NCBI GenBank assembly: GCA_039810425.1
Contig: JBDHWW010000003.1
Location: 1 to 64,000, forward strand
DNA: 64,000 nt
DNA from: Pseudobdellovibrionaceae bacterium
Lineage (GTDB): Bacteria > Bdellovibrionota > Bdellovibrionia > Bdellovibrionales > Bdellovibrionaceae
Reading direction: 5' to 3'
The first letter of the stretch is position 1. Each line of letters begins with the position of its first letter. The notes beneath the pieces were generated by a model that saw only the letters and a program-made list of their open reading frames with translations, did no database searches and was not told the DNA's origin. Made by a program: the position numbers and the translations under genes. This document shows positions 37,402-47,009 of this stretch, piece after piece.

Positions 37402-37430
37402 CTTTCTGCTTTAGAAACAAAAGTCCGACG

Positions 37431-37459
37431 AAAGGATCCGCAACCCGGATCCTTTTTTT
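37431..37459 (+). terminator. Intrinsic terminator
   Basis: AAAGGATCCG/CGGATCCTTT stem plus T7. Confidence 0.85.
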
Positions 37460-37488
37460 ATGTCCTCGGCTTAATCGGCCACCCGCCG

Positions 37489-37504
37489 TGGAATCCATTT
37501 TGCT
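37489..37504 (+). promoter_or_regulatory. sigma54 -24/-12 promoter of the Flp pilin operon
   Basis: TGGAATCCATTTTGCT, GG-N10-GC. Confidence 0.6.
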
Positions 37505-37527
37505 CTGCTGCTCCAGCAGGAGGGCCC

Positions 37528-37791
37528 ATGTCCCAAAGAATTCTGAAAAACAGCAAAGGCCAAAGCCTGATTGAATATCTGATTATCGTTGCCATCGTCG
37601 CAGTGGGAACACTGTCAATCGTGCGTGTGGTCGGTAAAAACGTCTCCGTGCAATTCGCCAACGTGGCGAAGGCCCTTGGCAGCGGTGATGACAGCCAGCT
37701 CAAAGCCGAAAAACTCGATTCTAAAATGTATAGCAAAAAAGACTTAGGGAACTTCCTGGATGGCGCGACTTCCGGTAGCTCTAAAAAATAG
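37528..37791 (+). CDS. Flp (Tad) pilin
   Basis: KG/QSLIEYLIIVAIVAV prepilin motif with E5-Y6. Confidence 0.85.
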   Translation: MSQRILKNSKGQSLIEYLIIVAIVAVGTLSIVRVVGKNVSVQFANVAKALGSGDDSQLKAEKLDSKMYSKKDLGNFLDGATSGSSKK

Positions 37792-38113
37792 TCGCGGTCA
37801 GGCCCTGATCGAAACTCTCGCACTAAGTTCGGCGCTCGTGGCGGCTCTCGGGGTTTTATTGGGAGTTCTCTATTTTGGTTTCGTGCATATCGGAGCGAAC
37901 TACTTAATGCATGAGCTTCTCGTCTGCCAGGCGACTGACGGCGAGCACGGTTGCGAAAAGCAGTTTCGTTCGCGTGCGGGGTCTTTTTTGTTTGCGGCCA
38001 AAGTCCTCAGCCTCGAAAGCCGACAGAACTTCGCAGGCTATGGAGCTCGCTTGATTTTGCAAATGCCGATGAGGCGGACTTTGACCCTGAAAAAAGAACT
38101 GCGGATTTACTGA
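37760..38113 (+). CDS. TadE-like minor pilin
   Basis: RG/QALIE plus hydrophobic helix. Confidence 0.7.
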   Translation: MARLPVALKNSRGQALIETLALSSALVAALGVLLGVLYFGFVHIGANYLMHELLVCQATDGEHGCEKQFRSRAGSFLFAAKVLSLESRQNFAGYGARLILQMPMRRTLTLKKELRIY

Positions 38114-38850
38114 TGAAATCTTCAGAAGGTTTCGCCACTATTTTATTTTTGTCTTTGCTACCGCTGATCTTAGCTGCGGGAATTGCGCTGTTTTTTGCAT
38201 TTGACCTTCTGAAGAGTGATCTAGCGATCTTAAATGTCTGCCGTGCGAAGGCGTTGGCAGTGCAAAACAAAGCAGGTCGGAATTTGACGAAGTTGTTGAA
38301 GCTGAATCCCCGCGCTGTCAGTTTGCGCGCGGAAGAGGCCCGGGCTGAAAAGATACTGGTTTCCGCCGTGGAAAGCGGGAACCCCGGAGCGATTGCGGCG
38401 GCCGAAGCCTACTTGTTGTCAGTGAAAATGCGGCGTCAAGATCTGCACATCCGTCAAAGAGCCTTGATCGACACGGCAGATGCTTGGCTCGCGGCTGGTG
38501 GCACGGAACTACCTCGGGAGTTACAGCGAGAATGGCTTCAGCATCACCGAGGGCTGTCTTCTTGGCTCGAGAGCCGCTTTCAAACCGGGCGAACGAGTCT
38601 TGCAAAGCTTGCGGTTATGGCGGATCTCCCCGAGGTCGCGCCTGTTTATTTGCTGCGACCTGATTTTGTTGAAGCCCAAGCCTGGAAGCAGACCTGGAGT
38701 TTTCGGCTGACAACAATAGGCTGGGCACGAAGATATCTAAATTTTAACGGAGGCTTTGAAAGATCATGCACGGTTTCGTTGTATGTCGACGGCGAAGAAT
38801 GGTTCGCCCGTCTGAAAAAGGACAAGTTCTCATCGAAGGGCTCTTTGTAA
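38113..38850 (+). CDS. Tad-associated pilin-like protein (TadG-like)
   Basis: EG/FATILFL prepilin-like start, TGATG coupling to the upstream gene. Confidence 0.55.
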   Translation: MKSSEGFATILFLSLLPLILAAGIALFFAFDLLKSDLAILNVCRAKALAVQNKAGRNLTKLLKLNPRAVSLRAEEARAEKILVSAVESGNPGAIAAAEAYLLSVKMRRQDLHIRQRALIDTADAWLAAGGTELPRELQREWLQHHRGLSSWLESRFQTGRTSLAKLAVMADLPEVAPVYLLRPDFVEAQAWKQTWSFRLTTIGWARRYLNFNGGFERSCTVSLYVDGEEWFARLKKDKFSSKGSL

Positions 38851-38960
38851 TGATTTTTTTCACCGGTATTTTACTGGTATTGATGAGTTTCGTTAGAAAC
38901 CAAAACGGAGTGATGAAAAACTATGAGCTACCTGCAAAAATTAAATATAAAAACCGATAA
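38799..38960 (+). CDS. Short TadE-like minor pilin
   Basis: KG/QVLIEGLFVMIFF motif. Confidence 0.6.
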   Translation: MVRPSEKGQVLIEGLFVMIFFTGILLVLMSFVRNQNGVMKNYELPAKIKYKNR

Positions 38961-39402
38961 AGCACTTCTTATTGCTTTCGTCGGCTTAGGTGGCGCGATT
39001 TTGCTCTTAAACTTACTCGCCTCGTCCTCGACTTCGAGCGAGACTGCGGCTTCCCACAAAGACGAAGGCTATGCCGTCGACACAATGATTCCCGCGGGGT
39101 ATCTCCTGATTCCCTTGGAGCTTAGCAATGCAGAATCACTGTCTTCTCTTTCAGGAAGCTTCTCGATTGTGGATCTGTATGTCACTGGTGATAAAGAAAA
39201 AAAGGGATTTAAAATCGCAGCCGCGGTCAAACTATTGCGAGCGCCACTAAACCCCCAGCAATTCGCAGTCTTGGTGCGTGAGGAGGACAGCGGAAAGATT
39301 GTCACACATGAAGGTCCCTTCTTCGCCGCGCTTAAAAACCCAAACGAAGTTTCCAAAGCCCGAACGACCAAGAATCCCCTCTTGATTCAATATGGAGAAT
39401 AA
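38923..39402 (+). CDS. CpaB/RcpC-like pilus assembly protein (divergent)
   Basis: N-terminal TM, IPAGY.LIPL..VDLY..ALKNP pattern, Tad context. Confidence 0.5.
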   Translation: MSYLQKLNIKTDKALLIAFVGLGGAILLLNLLASSSTSSETAASHKDEGYAVDTMIPAGYLLIPLELSNAESLSSLSGSFSIVDLYVTGDKEKKGFKIAAAVKLLRAPLNPQQFAVLVREEDSGKIVTHEGPFFAALKNPNEVSKARTTKNPLLIQYGE

Positions 39403-39407
39403 GTGTT

Positions 39408-40280
39408 ATGTTACAAAGATATGCTTTACTAGCCGTGCTGGTTTTTTTGAATTCCGCCCTGCCTTCGACTGCAAAAGCGATCTTGTTTCAGTCGCCGGGC
39501 TCAAACTCCGAAGAATTTCAAAACCATGCTCTTGGAAAAAATCAACTGACTTACACCCAGTGGGTTGAAAAAAATTTACAGGAGCCCGCGACAGAGCCCC
39601 ATCCGCAAGTTCTTGAGTTCTCTCAACGGGCGCTTCAAGAAAAATCCTCGAAGCAGCTTGCCGCCGATTGGAAACGGATTCGACTCAATATTGATTTGAA
39701 CCGGCTTGATCGCGAGATTTTGCTTTTACTTGCGGAAAAATTGCATGTGACTCAAGAACTCTGCCGCTATCTTCTTTTGGAGCCCGAAATGGCTGAACTC
39801 CTTAAGAATCCTGCTCCATCCGCCCTCTGCTCATCGCAGGCGGTTGCGCTGCCGGAGTCATTGCTCGCACACATTGATGCTCACGATCTGATTCTCATAG
39901 ATGGGAAAGGGTTTACGAAAAACCAACTGCCCCCTCGTCTTGTGAACGGCTCTTACCAGTGGAAATTTGTTTCGAATCGCTTTGAGGACCGCCGTTTCAC
40001 TGGGGATGCCAACGACTTGGCGGCGCTAAAAACCCCGCCACAGCCCTGGGTTCTAGGAGACTGCCAGAGTTACCGGTTTCCGAATTTAGATTTTTCTCTT
40101 CAGCTTCAATCGCAGGTCTATTTTAGCAACGCCTGCGTCCAACCAGGAATCCCCAAAGAGAAAACCTGGGGTGATTGGGCCTCAAATCACAAAACTCTGC
40201 TTTGGGTTGTCGGCATTGTTGCGACGGGTATAGCCGCCAGTCAATTGAAAGATAAAACTTTAGTGATCACGAAGCCTTGA
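39408..40280 (+). CDS. Hypothetical exported protein with C-terminal TM
   Basis: Signal peptide and C-terminal hydrophobic segment. Confidence 0.7.
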   Translation: MLQRYALLAVLVFLNSALPSTAKAILFQSPGSNSEEFQNHALGKNQLTYTQWVEKNLQEPATEPHPQVLEFSQRALQEKSSKQLAADWKRIRLNIDLNRLDREILLLLAEKLHVTQELCRYLLLEPEMAELLKNPAPSALCSSQAVALPESLLAHIDAHDLILIDGKGFTKNQLPPRLVNGSYQWKFVSNRFEDRRFTGDANDLAALKTPPQPWVLGDCQSYRFPNLDFSLQLQSQVYFSNACVQPGIPKEKTWGDWASNHKTLLWVVGIVATGIAASQLKDKTLVITKP

Positions 40281-41549
40281 TTATTTTTCAGGTGGGAACG
40301 TCACCAGCCGTCCATCAAACATAAGCTCGTGTAGTTTTTGCCCCGAAAAGACCGTGTATGTCTCGCCGAGAGCCGCTCCAGGAAATGAATGATAGTCCAG
40401 GATGTCGCCTTTGAGGGCAGGGATTTTTGCTTTCATGCTTTCCGTGAGGGCGCGCTGATTATCCCAGAAAGAAGTTTTCGCCACCGGTGAATCACTACCG
40501 AAATAAAGCGGAATTCCCGAGCGAGACAAAGTCCCCCACGGGAATGCGTGCTTGTAAAGATCACCAAGCTTTTCTTTGAGCCACGCTTTATCACTGAGCC
40601 AGTGACATGGCTGCATATGGCAACGCACATGAAGAGCTTTCATCATCAGAACAGTTTCAGGTCGCAAGACCTCAACATGCTCTAAGTTTAGCCAGCCTGT
40701 GTATTGGTTCGTCGCCATGACTTTTCTTGCCGCAAGTACGACTTGATGAGCCGCTTCATCGCCAATCGTGTGAACAGCGACCTCAAAGCCCTTCCCCCAG
40801 GCTTGCCGGAAAAGAGTCTCTAAATCTGAAGACGTCCATGAAAATTTATGATGAACGCAGTTGCACTGAGAAAGCCATGCGGTGTCTGAGCCCAAAGTGC
40901 CATCGAAGAAAATTTTAATTCCCTGCGCTTTTAGATGAGGTGTTTCTTGCCTCTTTGCCATCTCTAGCAGCTCTAAAACGCGATCAATGTCTTTCGGTTG
41001 CCCGCAGAGAAAGTTCTCTTGAACGTAAAGAGTCAGCTCGCCAGCCCTATCGAGCGCCAAAGCCACACGCCATTGCTGCTCATCGCAAGTCATATCACGA
41101 ATATGTGTGAAGCCGGCACGATTGAAAATCTCGCAGCCTTTTTTCAGTGATTGACGGATTTGCTGGTCAGAAAGTTTCGGTAAAGCGTAGTAAGCTTTAA
41201 AATGGTCTTCTTCGAGAAGAATTCCGGAGTGGCTGCACTCGAAACCCAGTTGATCTAGCGCAATTGAATTCAGCCAAGAACAATGACCATCCGCACGCTG
41301 AAGCATCACTGGAAAATCCGGGAAGACGCGATCGAGGAGCTCTTTAGCTGGAAGTTTTTTATCAGACCACTTATGATGATCCCAGCCAAAGCCGACGAGC
41401 CAATTGCCGCGGAAGAACTCCGGCTTTACCGCGATCGCAGAAACGTCTTCGGGCTTTTGCAGATCAAAGAGCGGCAACCCGACGGCGATCTGTCCGGTGC
41501 CGAGCCAATGAATATGGGAGTCATAAAGACGCGGAATCTTTAAAAGCAT
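40281..41549 (-). CDS. Amidohydrolase_3 (YtcJ-like)
   Basis: DSHIH, KIFFDGTLGS, HTIGD, LEH, FGSDSP. Confidence 0.9.
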   Translation of the reverse strand: MLLKIPRLYDSHIHWLGTGQIAVGLPLFDLQKPEDVSAIAVKPEFFRGNWLVGFGWDHHKWSDKKLPAKELLDRVFPDFPVMLQRADGHCSWLNSIALDQLGFECSHSGILLEEDHFKAYYALPKLSDQQIRQSLKKGCEIFNRAGFTHIRDMTCDEQQWRVALALDRAGELTLYVQENFLCGQPKDIDRVLELLEMAKRQETPHLKAQGIKIFFDGTLGSDTAWLSQCNCVHHKFSWTSSDLETLFRQAWGKGFEVAVHTIGDEAAHQVVLAARKVMATNQYTGWLNLEHVEVLRPETVLMMKALHVRCHMQPCHWLSDKAWLKEKLGDLYKHAFPWGTLSRSGIPLYFGSDSPVAKTSFWDNQRALTESMKAKIPALKGDILDYHSFPGAALGETYTVFSGQKLHELMFDGRLVTFPPEK

Positions 41550-41604
41550 AAGCCCCTCTGTTTTAGCAGAGAGGCTTCGTTTTTTTAAGCACTAATTTTG
41601 TAAA

Positions 41605-43332
41605 CTATCGGCTACCGGCTGGGATTACGACGCCACCGCCAGTTCCTGTGGCTGGAAGGACACCCGTTCCAGTGTTTACACCATTGCCCGGAGCCGGGAT
41701 TGGAATGTTCGGATTACCCGTGCCACCAATTGTGTTGAACCCGCCACCGATGTTGAAACCACCACTAACTCCAAGGCTTGTGCCGTAAGAGCCGTAACCG
41801 TATTGAACTTGTTGGATTCTGTACATCAAGTTGTAAAGCTCAGATTGTAATCCCGCCATTGTCTGCTGACGAGCCATCTGATTTTGCATTTGCTGTTGAT
41901 ATTGTTGCATGTAGAGCTGGGTTTGCTGCTGTTGCATTTGCATCATTGCTTGCTGCATTTGCATTGAGCCCAAGCTGCCATCCATTCCACCCATACCGTA
42001 TGGATTCATCATTCCACCCATACCGTACGGATTCATCATTCCACCCATACCGTACGGATTCATCATTCCACCCATACCGTATGGATTCATCATTCCACCC
42101 ATACCGTATGGATTCATCATTCCACCACCCATACCGTACGGATTCATCATTCCACCACCTAAGCCACCATAGATGCCGCCGCCGATGCCGCCGCCCCAAG
42201 GACCCATACCACCAGCGTACATGCCGCCGCCATAGGGCGCACCAAACATTCCAGATGGATATCCGAAAGCACCACCGCCCATACCGCCATAGATGCCACC
42301 GCCTATGTTAGCACCGCCGCAGCCAAATGCACCCCCGCCAATACCGCCACCCAAAGCTCCGTACAAGCCGTTCGCTAAAAATGGAAGGCCATAGCCCCAT
42401 GTAGGATAAGACTGGCTTTGCCAGCCAGCCGCTGAGTTGTATTGAGCCACCATTTTGTTTTGTTGGTAACCCATATACATTGCAAGCAAACCCGTACCCA
42501 CATTTGCCGCAACACCCGCCCAGTTTGGCGCTTGTCTTTCGCCGCGATAACCATTGCCGGCCGCGAGACAAGTCAAACAAATCTCACTTTCGGTGCCAGC
42601 CTGACGGTCTTCCTTGTAACGTTGTTTTGCATCACGCAAAAGCTCTGGCAACTGACTTTTGTAGTCAGCGATACTGCTCTCAGAACGCTTGATGTCAGTT
42701 TCTGTTCTCTCCAAATCTGCTGTGTCCTTACGATACGAATCTAAAGCATCCTTACAATTCTTCGGAGAAGATCCGCCGCGATCTGACGCTGCATAGCCCG
42801 GAGTTGTACAAACTGCCGCATTGATAACGCCTTTACCTGGCTGGCAAACCGCCTGCCATTGTTTCGGGGAAAAACCTGCCGGTGCTTTCATGAGGCTCTT
42901 TTGAGCCCCGCCATCAGCGGGTGGAAGATCATGACCATCCTCTTCAACTTGAATGCGAGTTTTTACCGGTCTAACATCACCAGTGTCATACTCTTCGCAC
43001 GTGCGAAGGTTATCGATATGCTCAGTGATAGCAGAAGTGTATTTCGAATCGATCGTTTTCTCGATCATTTGGCGTGACTTGTCGAGACTTTTTTTAAGAT
43101 TGCGACGCTTGCGATTCAGCTCGTTAAGTTTTGCTTTTTCTTCCGACTCAGCCTTCTTTACATCATTGTACTCATCGAGGTAGCTGGCAGCACCGTCACC
43201 TGCAGAGACATTGTAGGGGCATGATTGTTGACCCATGATGATCCCGGCTCCCCCCATCTGTGCATTTGCAGATACCGCAAATAACGTTACGGAAGACACC
43301 GCAAGTATCGCTAATCGCTTTCCGAATTTCAT
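41605..43332 (-). CDS. Secreted Cys-containing coiled-coil protein with Gly/Met/Tyr-rich repeats and Gln-rich segment
   Basis: Signal peptide ending ANA; MMNPYGMGG x6; AGGAG SD. Confidence 0.85.
   Translation of the reverse strand: MKFGKRLAILAVSSVTLFAVSANAQMGGAGIIMGQQSCPYNVSAGDGAASYLDEYNDVKKAESEEKAKLNELNRKRRNLKKSLDKSRQMIEKTIDSKYTSAITEHIDNLRTCEEYDTGDVRPVKTRIQVEEDGHDLPPADGGAQKSLMKAPAGFSPKQWQAVCQPGKGVINAAVCTTPGYAASDRGGSSPKNCKDALDSYRKDTADLERTETDIKRSESSIADYKSQLPELLRDAKQRYKEDRQAGTESEICLTCLAAGNGYRGERQAPNWAGVAANVGTGLLAMYMGYQQNKMVAQYNSAAGWQSQSYPTWGYGLPFLANGLYGALGGGIGGGAFGCGGANIGGGIYGGMGGGAFGYPSGMFGAPYGGGMYAGGMGPWGGGIGGGIYGGLGGGMMNPYGMGGGMMNPYGMGGMMNPYGMGGMMNPYGMGGMMNPYGMGGMMNPYGMGGMDGSLGSMQMQQAMMQMQQQQTQLYMQQYQQQMQNQMARQQTMAGLQSELYNLMYRIQQVQYGYGSYGTSLGVSGGFNIGGGFNTIGGTGNPNIPIPAPGNGVNTGTGVLPATGTGGGVVIPAGSR
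41983..42159 (-). repeat. Coding tandem repeat, 27-nt unit x6 (one unit is 30 nt)
   Basis: CATTCCACCCATACCGTAYGGATTCAT units. Confidence 0.95.
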
Positions 43333-43374
43333 ATTCGCTCTCCTGAAACAAAAATGTACACTACTTCATTCAAC

Positions 43375-43402
43375 GTATCGTCAGGAGAAGACCGAGACTT
43401 GA
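43375..43402 (-). promoter_or_regulatory. Probable sigma28 promoter
   Basis: TCAA-N16-GACGATAC upstream of the Gly-rich gene. Confidence 0.45.
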
Positions 43403-43506
43403 CTATCTTTTAGTCAAACTCGAGGAGGGTTTGTATAAACTGGACCTACATCCTTGTGAAGTCGTCATCCGTGACAAGCTTACTTTCCAATTCTACACTA
43501 AGTTTT

Positions 43507-44613
43507 ATGGCGAAGCATACAATTCTTTGCGTGGACGATGAACTAGACAATGTGGATGCGCTGGAGAGACTCTTTCGCAAGAACTATACAGTACTAAAGG
43601 CCACGTCTGGAGCACAGGGGTTGGAAGTCCTAGCCGAAAATCCAGGCGTTGCCCTGATAATCTCGGATCAAAGAATGCCGAGCATGACCGGCGTTGAGTT
43701 CCTTGAAAAGACCCAGCGCACCCATCCTGAAGCGCTCCGCATTCTCCTCACCGGTTATACGGACATCGAATCTGTGATTCAAGCCGTGAACCAGGGACAG
43801 ATTTACCGTTACCTTACGAAGCCGTGGGATTCGAATGACCTTCTGAACACCGTCGCAACAGCAACTCAGAAATATGAAATGGCGAAAGAGCTCAAAAAGA
43901 AAAACTTCGAGCTCGCTAAAGCCTTAAACGAATTGAAGAGCCTCGACAGGGCAAAAAGTAATTTCATGATTTTGATTAACCACGAGCTGAAAACTCCACT
44001 GACTTCGATCATCAGCTTTATCGGTCTTCTGAATGAAACACAGATGGATGACGAGCAGAAACTTTTCGTCAATCGCATCTCGCGCGGTGCTGATAAATTA
44101 AAATCCATCATCGATGACGTATTATTGATCGTGCGCGCTGAGACCAACCAATTAAAAGTGAGTTTGTCACCAGTGTCGTTTACAGGCGTACAAAACCTGC
44201 TAAATCCGGAAGTCAGCAATGTCCTTCAATACAAGCACCAGACGCTGATAGAAAAGAACCTGGCAGTGACAGCCGCAGCCGATAAGGATTTAATCCGCCA
44301 AGTTCTCAACAGACTCGTCCACAACGCCGCGAAGTTTGGCTCCGACAATAGCGAAATTTTTATTGAGGCATCCATGGCCGGCGACCGGCAAATTATTTAT
44401 TCAGTAACGAATACGGGACCGCAAATCGAAACGCCGATGATTGAGAAAATCCTGCGCCCGTTCTTCATTGATGAAGACGTCATGAATCATTCAACGGGCA
44501 TGGGTTTAGGGCTCAGTATTTGCCAATCCATCTTGGGGTTGCATCAATCGAAACTACGAATCGAAAACACAGACGAAGGTGTCCGTGTCTCTTTCAATCT
44601 ACCGGCTGCCTAG
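43507..44613 (+). CDS. Hybrid response regulator/histidine kinase (REC-HisKA-HATPase)
   Basis: VDDE, ISDQRMP, KPW, NHELKTPLT, HNAAKF, GMGLGLSIC. Confidence 0.95.
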   Translation: MAKHTILCVDDELDNVDALERLFRKNYTVLKATSGAQGLEVLAENPGVALIISDQRMPSMTGVEFLEKTQRTHPEALRILLTGYTDIESVIQAVNQGQIYRYLTKPWDSNDLLNTVATATQKYEMAKELKKKNFELAKALNELKSLDRAKSNFMILINHELKTPLTSIISFIGLLNETQMDDEQKLFVNRISRGADKLKSIIDDVLLIVRAETNQLKVSLSPVSFTGVQNLLNPEVSNVLQYKHQTLIEKNLAVTAAADKDLIRQVLNRLVHNAAKFGSDNSEIFIEASMAGDRQIIYSVTNTGPQIETPMIEKILRPFFIDEDVMNHSTGMGLGLSICQSILGLHQSKLRIENTDEGVRVSFNLPAA

Positions 44614-45494
44614 CGGCTGACTGCCTTCATTCTTAAATATCGTTCAGACTTCGGCACAAAAGGCTTTAGAGGTGTTGCCATGGACTTCGCCAGATTGATT
44701 CCGAGCTCCATGCCCGAGAAAGCTTGCTGTGCCGTTAAGAAATGCTTCTCCGCCCCGTAAAACGTAAAGGATGAGAAAGACGGGCCTGATTTGTAACCGG
44801 CACCTTCTTTCTTAATCTGATCTTGCAAAAATCCATTTGGTGTCAGCAATGCCAAGTCCCAACCGAGCGCCTGAGCCCAGCGCTTTTCTTCGTCACTAGA
44901 AACGGCGGTGAGCTCCACACCACGAAGGACTTGCTTACCACTCGCAGTCGTCATTTTTAAGAGGCCGTAAACTCCGTAATGAATTGCCGAGAGCATTTTA
45001 TTTTGTTCCCAAAAATCTTTTAGCAGGCGTTTTAGGTCTCCGTTTCCCGGCAGATCATACATTGCCGCCATACCGCCCGCGATCAGTATTGAGGAGTAAT
45101 CTTTGGCCTGAACCGCTGAAAGCTTTTTCGTGCTCGTCAGCTTTGCAACTGCATTTTCATCGCTCAGAAATCCCCGAGTGAGAGCATCATCAGCATTCAT
45201 TGCATTGAGATTACGTGGATCGCTTTTCTGTTCAATCGGTACGGCACCACCTTGCGGACTCGCGAAATCCACTTCATAGCCTGCGTTTAGCAATGCAAAG
45301 TATGGATGAACCGCGTCCGGCAGCCACACCCCCGTTTTGATCTGGCTGCTCCCCAGTTGCGCCCGGCTCGACAACACGATCAAGACTTTCCCTTTCGATA
45401 TGAGAAATGTATTACGAATCTCCGCATAGGCAGTCACGACCAGTACGGAAATACCAAGCACTGCAAGAATCGACTTTAGAATCAGGGGTTTCAT
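44610..45494 (-). CDS. DJ-1/PfpI (Hsp31-like) protein lacking the catalytic Cys
   Basis: KVLIVLSS, TGVW, HPY, GYEVDFASPQGG; SAIHYG in place of AxCHG. Confidence 0.8.
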   Translation of the reverse strand: MKPLILKSILAVLGISVLVVTAYAEIRNTFLISKGKVLIVLSSRAQLGSSQIKTGVWLPDAVHPYFALLNAGYEVDFASPQGGAVPIEQKSDPRNLNAMNADDALTRGFLSDENAVAKLTSTKKLSAVQAKDYSSILIAGGMAAMYDLPGNGDLKRLLKDFWEQNKMLSAIHYGVYGLLKMTTASGKQVLRGVELTAVSSDEEKRWAQALGWDLALLTPNGFLQDQIKKEGAGYKSGPSFSSFTFYGAEKHFLTAQQAFSGMELGINLAKSMATPLKPFVPKSERYLRMKAVSR

Positions 45495-45698
45495 CGGCGG
45501 CTCCTTTAAATGAGGCTCTAGGATCGCCAATATCCTGTTTGCTTGCGACCCAACAGTCTTCCGATTTTGTGAAATTACCTTCCAAGCACGGACCACCGGA
45601 TCTTAAAATCCGAATTTGGGATGCCGACGCCGCTAGAAGGACATTTGAGTCCAGCCCCGTTTTTGCTGAGAGCATTCTTTATGTCCAGCGAGGTGGTT

Positions 45699-47009
45699 AT
45701 GAGGAGCGGGGTCTTCGTCTTATTATGGATTTGTTTACAGGCTTCCACAGGCAATGCTGAGTCTTTGGTTTTAAAAATTGGCGAAGACTATCGTTTGCCC
45801 ATTCCTTCAAACCACCGGGTTTGGGTTCAAAACCGCAAGCTTCTGAGTATTTCTACCCAGGGTGGTTTCGTTATTTTAAACGGCCTGAACGAGGGCCAAA
45901 CCACCCTGCAAGTGGGAGGCAAAGGTTACCAAGTTCAAGTGATTCAACCGTTAAAAAGGAACTTGCTGCAAAACTTCGAGAAAGAACTGCGCAATGTCCT
46001 CGGCCTTAAAATTCAAATCAAAAAATACCAAGTCACGGTGACCGGCAAGATCTATCGCTGGGAAGACTGGCAGCTCCTCGCCAAAATCAGCGAAGACACC
46101 GGCGTCAGTTATGCGATGAGTGCTGAAATTCCACCGAGCCTGCAGGCAAAAGCGCTGGCTGCTTGGCAACAAGAGTTTGATCGCGCAGGCCTTGCAGCCC
46201 TGCCCGTGCATTTTGCTCGTCCTTTGCAAGCTCGAAGCGCCGTGGACCCGCAACTCTTTGCCAAATACTCAGATATCCTAGGGCCTTACGGCATTGTGCT
46301 TGAAAAAGATGCGCAGGCGTTGGATATGGCTCCCGTCGTAAAGGTTCAAATCACGGTGGCTGAAGTTCGCAGGGACTTTGCGCAGAAATATGGTCTTCAA
46401 TGGCCGGCCAGCTACTCCGCCAAGGTTTTGTCCAACGGGCAAACAGAGTTTGAAGATGTCATCTTCGCGGCCCAAGCGTTTGAACAACAAGGCCGCGGCA
46501 AAATCCTCGCAAGCCCGAATCTGATCTGTCGAAGCGGCAAAGAAGCGGAATTTCTCGCGGGCGGAGAGTTTCCGATCAAAATTTCCAACTATAAAACGCA
46601 GGATGTCGTTTGGAAAAAGTACGGGATCCTCTTAAAGGTGCGACCCAAGGCGGACTCTTCCGGGCGCATGAGCATTGGTATTGAAACCGAAGTATCCACC
46701 ATCGACAATAGCCGGACGGTTGAAGGCATTCCGGGGCTCTTGACGAACCGAATCTCTTCGCACTTTGATCTGAGCCGTTCGCAGACAATCGTCCTTTCAG
46801 GGCTGATTAAAAACGAAGAAGGCAAATCCACAGAGGGCCTTCCGGGCCTCAGCCGTATTCCCGTTTTGGGAGCGCTCTTTGGCAGCCGTGACTTCAAGGA
46901 AAATCGCACGGAATTAGTGATTCTTGTTCGCCCGTCGGTTGTGCGTGAAAATACCATGGCCGAAAGCGTGGATTCGTCTCAGCACCTTGGAGATATCAAA
47001 CATGATTGA
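45699..47009 (+). CDS. RcpA/CpaC-type pilus secretin
   Basis: ILASPNL..SGKEAEFLAGGEFPI, LPGLSRIPVLGALF, TELVILVRP. Confidence 0.92.
   Translation: MRSGVFVLLWICLQASTGNAESLVLKIGEDYRLPIPSNHRVWVQNRKLLSISTQGGFVILNGLNEGQTTLQVGGKGYQVQVIQPLKRNLLQNFEKELRNVLGLKIQIKKYQVTVTGKIYRWEDWQLLAKISEDTGVSYAMSAEIPPSLQAKALAAWQQEFDRAGLAALPVHFARPLQARSAVDPQLFAKYSDILGPYGIVLEKDAQALDMAPVVKVQITVAEVRRDFAQKYGLQWPASYSAKVLSNGQTEFEDVIFAAQAFEQQGRGKILASPNLICRSGKEAEFLAGGEFPIKISNYKTQDVVWKKYGILLKVRPKADSSGRMSIGIETEVSTIDNSRTVEGIPGLLTNRISSHFDLSRSQTIVLSGLIKNEEGKSTEGLPGLSRIPVLGALFGSRDFKENRTELVILVRPSVVRENTMAESVDSSQHLGDIKHD

Noticed and set aside
41983..42159. 27-nt repeats as CRISPR
   Set aside because: No spacers; unit length is a multiple of 3 inside a coding frame with synonymous variation
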